A stretch of DNA of 61,682 nt, filler included, from Actinomycetota bacterium (GTDB lineage: Bacteria; Actinomycetota; Acidimicrobiia; IMCC26256; VFJJ01), in NCBI GenBank assembly GCA_009886115.1. It is 5 parts of 5 records of this genome, joined end to end, with 100 filler letters (N's around TTAATTAATTAA, not from the genome) between each part and the next. Parts side by side here need not be neighbours in the genome. Positions count along the whole stretch, not along the records: positions 40,072 to 61,682 come from VFJJ01000091.1; 4 more parts are not named here. One strand, given 5' to 3'. Every line of letters begins with the position of its first letter. Positions within the stretch are counted from its first letter, which is position 1. The notes beneath the pieces were generated by a model. The model was not told where the DNA came from. It did not search any database and saw nothing but the letters and a program-made list of their open reading frames with translations. Shown piece by piece: positions 59,418 to 61,682 of this stretch. A program made the position numbers and the translations under genes.

Positions 59418-61682
59418 ATGTCGACATCGTTTTCCGCAACCGCTGAGGGTTGCCTCGCTCGACGAGCCCGGCGGGCCGCCATCGCTGCACTCGCGTGGGG
59501 AACCGCCTACCTGGTGTGGCGAGCGTCCGACACATTGGACGGCGCACCGATCTGGCTGTCCTGGCCGCTCCTTGGAGCCGAGGCCTGGAGCCTCGGGCTC
59601 TTGGCGCTGAGCGCCTGGGCCACGTGGCGGATCCCGACCCAGCCCGCTGCCACCGGTGCCCCCGCCGATCTCGGTGAGGGCACCGACATCGTCATCACGG
59701 CCCACGGCGCCTCGTCGGCCGAGCTGGAGCTGACGTTGGTCGGCAGTCGCTCGCTCCATGGTGCAGCAACCACCTGGGTGACCGATGCCCAGCGCCGCCC
59801 GGAGCTCGAAGCCATGGCCCAACGCTTCGGCGCCCGGTACCTCCCCGACGAGGGCCACCCGGCGAGCGCTGAGAGCCCGGCCCGTGGGTTCGGCCGAGGT
59901 CTTGCCCAGAGCACCACGCCATGGGCGTTGTGGCTTCACGCTGGTGAGGTTCCGATGTCAGATCTGGTCGAGGCGGCGTCGGCCTACTTCCGAGACGACA
60001 CGGTCGCGGTTGTGCAGTTCGCAAGCAATCTGATCAACCGGGAGTCGCTCGCTCACCTTGGTTCGGGTCGCGACGAAGCCGCCTACGAGCAGCGCGTCCT
60101 CAAGCCGGGGCTCTCCCGCTGGGGCGCGGCTCCCTGGACCGGTTCACCGTCGATCGTGCGCACGTCGGCGATCGTCGCCGACGGCGGCCTCCCAGCCGGC
60201 GGTCCTGCCGAGACGGCTCGCGCTTCGGTGCGGCTGCAGGCCGCGGGATGGAGCACGCACGCTGATCCCCGTTCGATGGTCGCGGTCTCTGCTCCCGATT
60301 CGCTGACCGAGTACGGCGCTCGTCGGCGCGACACCGCCTTCAACGCTCTCGGGCTCCTTGCAACGAGACAGAGCCCCTTGTTCGCGAGGGGGCTGAAGCC
60401 TCGTCATCGGCTCGCTCAGATCAGCTCGGCCGCGCGCTACACCGCAGGACTTCCCCGGCTCCTCGTGGTCGCGGTGCTCACCGTGACCCTGCTCACCGGC
60501 CACCTTCCCGTGAACGCGTCGGCCTTCACGTTCGTGGCGCTGTGGGGGCCCCTCGTCGTGTTGAGCGGTCTGGCCCGTCACCAGCTGGCGCGCGGCACCG
60601 TGGGACGGTGGGACACCCCACGACATGGGTGGCGAACGGTTGGCGACGACATCTGGGCCATCGCCAGGGTCTGTGGGCTCAGGACCCGATCCACAGCGGG
60701 GACGCCCGAGATCCGGGGCGGTTTCCGGGCTCTGGGTCGGCTACCGCTCCTGATGGTGTGCATCATCGGTCTCGACATCGCCCTCTTCGCTCGAGCGCTG
60801 ACGCTGTGGAACACGGACATGCTGACACCGCTGACCACCGGCGCAAGGGTCGTCGTCCTGGGGACGAGCATCGCGATGCTGATCCCCATGCTCGACGTGG
60901 TGCAGTTCGTCGCCCGGCGCACACAGCGACGCAGTGCCTTCCGGCTCGATTTCGACAGCCCGACGTGGGTTGACGGGACCCGCGTCAGCACGCTCGACCT
61001 CACCCCCCGGGGCTTGGCCTTCGTCGCCGACGAGGCTCCCTCGGTCGGGTCGCTGATCCAGCTCCGCGTCCAGCTCGAGGGTGCCGACGGGACGACGAAC
61101 CACATCAACGCCAACGGAGAGGTGCGCGGTGTGATCCCACGCACCGATGGCGGTTTCCGGGTCAGTTGTGCCTTCCTCGCCGTTGATTCCACAGCTCGTG
61201 AGGCGCTCATCGAGTACTGCGCGGTCGTTCGTCAGCGCACCAACACCCGTCCCCTCCACAATGCCCCGCAGGCCAGCCCGGCCGACCTGCACTATCGGAT
61301 GTCCGCGCCGCCACGCCACGCCGTCCGGGTACTCAGCGCGGCAGCGCTCAGCGCTGCGCTGTTGGCCGTGGGTTTCGGGCCCGCCGCAACGGCGGCATAT
61401 GCCCAGGCCGAGGTACAGACACCCGCGACGGTGTGCGTGATCGACGCCGAAGACGGTTCCCCCGTGGTGGGTGCCCAGGTCCGGTACTTCTCGTTCACGT
61501 GGAACCACTTCGGAACGACCGGAAGCGCAGGATGCGTCAGCGGCAACCTGCCGTCGGGCTCGGTCACCATGGCCATTGCGTACAACGGCCAGGAGACCCA
61601 ATGGACCCAGAACACGACCACCCAGCCTCTCTCCACCATCACGATCGAGCTTGACGACGACGACAGCGACGACGACGCCGAC
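59418..61682 (+). CDS. BcsA-like GT2 pseudoenzyme-PilZ protein fused to an exported C-terminal domain (3' end beyond window)
   Basis: Open frame from ATG 59418 to window end, absent from the ORF track: YLVWR TM, GT2 scaffold, TM helices, QRRSAFR and DLTPRG PilZ motifs, then a signal-like segment and a beta-rich domain. Confidence 0.8.
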   Translation, partial: MSTSFSATAEGCLARRARRAAIAALAWGTAYLVWRASDTLDGAPIWLSWPLLGAEAWSLGLLALSAWATWRIPTQPAATGAPADLGEGTDIVITAHGASSAELELTLVGSRSLHGAATTWVTDAQRRPELEAMAQRFGARYLPDEGHPASAESPARGFGRGLAQSTTPWALWLHAGEVPMSDLVEAASAYFRDDTVAVVQFASNLINRESLAHLGSGRDEAAYEQRVLKPGLSRWGAAPWTGSPSIVRTSAIVADGGLPAGGPAETARASVRLQAAGWSTHADPRSMVAVSAPDSLTEYGARRRDTAFNALGLLATRQSPLFARGLKPRHRLAQISSAARYTAGLPRLLVVAVLTVTLLTGHLPVNASAFTFVALWGPLVVLSGLARHQLARGTVGRWDTPRHGWRTVGDDIWAIARVCGLRTRSTAGTPEIRGGFRALGRLPLLMVCIIGLDIALFARALTLWNTDMLTPLTTGARVVVLGTSIAMLIPMLDVVQFVARRTQRRSAFRLDFDSPTWVDGTRVSTLDLTPRGLAFVADEAPSVGSLIQLRVQLEGADGTTNHINANGEVRGVIPRTDGGFRVSCAFLAVDSTAREALIEYCAVVRQRTNTRPLHNAPQASPADLHYRMSAPPRHAVRVLSAAALSAALLAVGFGPAATAAYAQAEVQTPATVCVIDAEDGSPVVGAQVRYFSFTWNHFGTTGSAGCVSGNLPSGSVTMAIAYNGQETQWTQNTTTQPLSTITIELDDDDSDDDAD

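Noticed and set aside
59242..61654. Many short ORFs listed in the track for this region
   Set aside because: All explained as shadows of the single open frame starting at 59418

Overview
High-GC actinobacterial DNA, probably Acidimicrobiia-like (inferred from gene content). It consists of five pieces joined by artificial 100-nt N/TTAATTAATTAA linkers, so adjacency across the linkers means nothing. Piece 1 (1-10175): a nitrogen-scavenging operon (BMP-type ABC importer, alpha/beta hydrolase, catalytically degenerate BiuH paralogue, biuret hydrolase, allophanate hydrolase) behind a putative GlnR box array, next to an integrase remnant and a tRNA-Cys 3' att fragment. Piece 2 (10276-19840): AddAB-like helicase-nuclease pair, HIT protein, two paralogous lipoproteins, mscL and tRNA-Leu(TAG). 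Piece 3 (19941-27488): two tandem class III cyclase-STAND ATPase-TPR proteins. Piece 4 (27589-39971): ISL3 remnant, a wzm/wzt surface-glycan locus (four GT4 enzymes, methyltransferase, rmd-like gene, rfbA) with two PIN toxin-antitoxin modules, and an XRE regulator. One TA module is bracketed by a 24-bp duplication of the rfbA 3' end. Piece 5 (40072-61682): a dif-like site with a tandem array of XerD-arm-like repeats, MFS, pgi, Zn-ADH, corA, NUDIX, GNAT, lnt, DUF4193, LysM-SLT, thyX, helY, tatC, tatA/B and GDPD. It ends in a BcsA-like GT2-PilZ protein, missing from the ORF track, that has lost every catalytic motif and is fused to an exported domain. All assignments come from motif recognition by eye; no searches were run.
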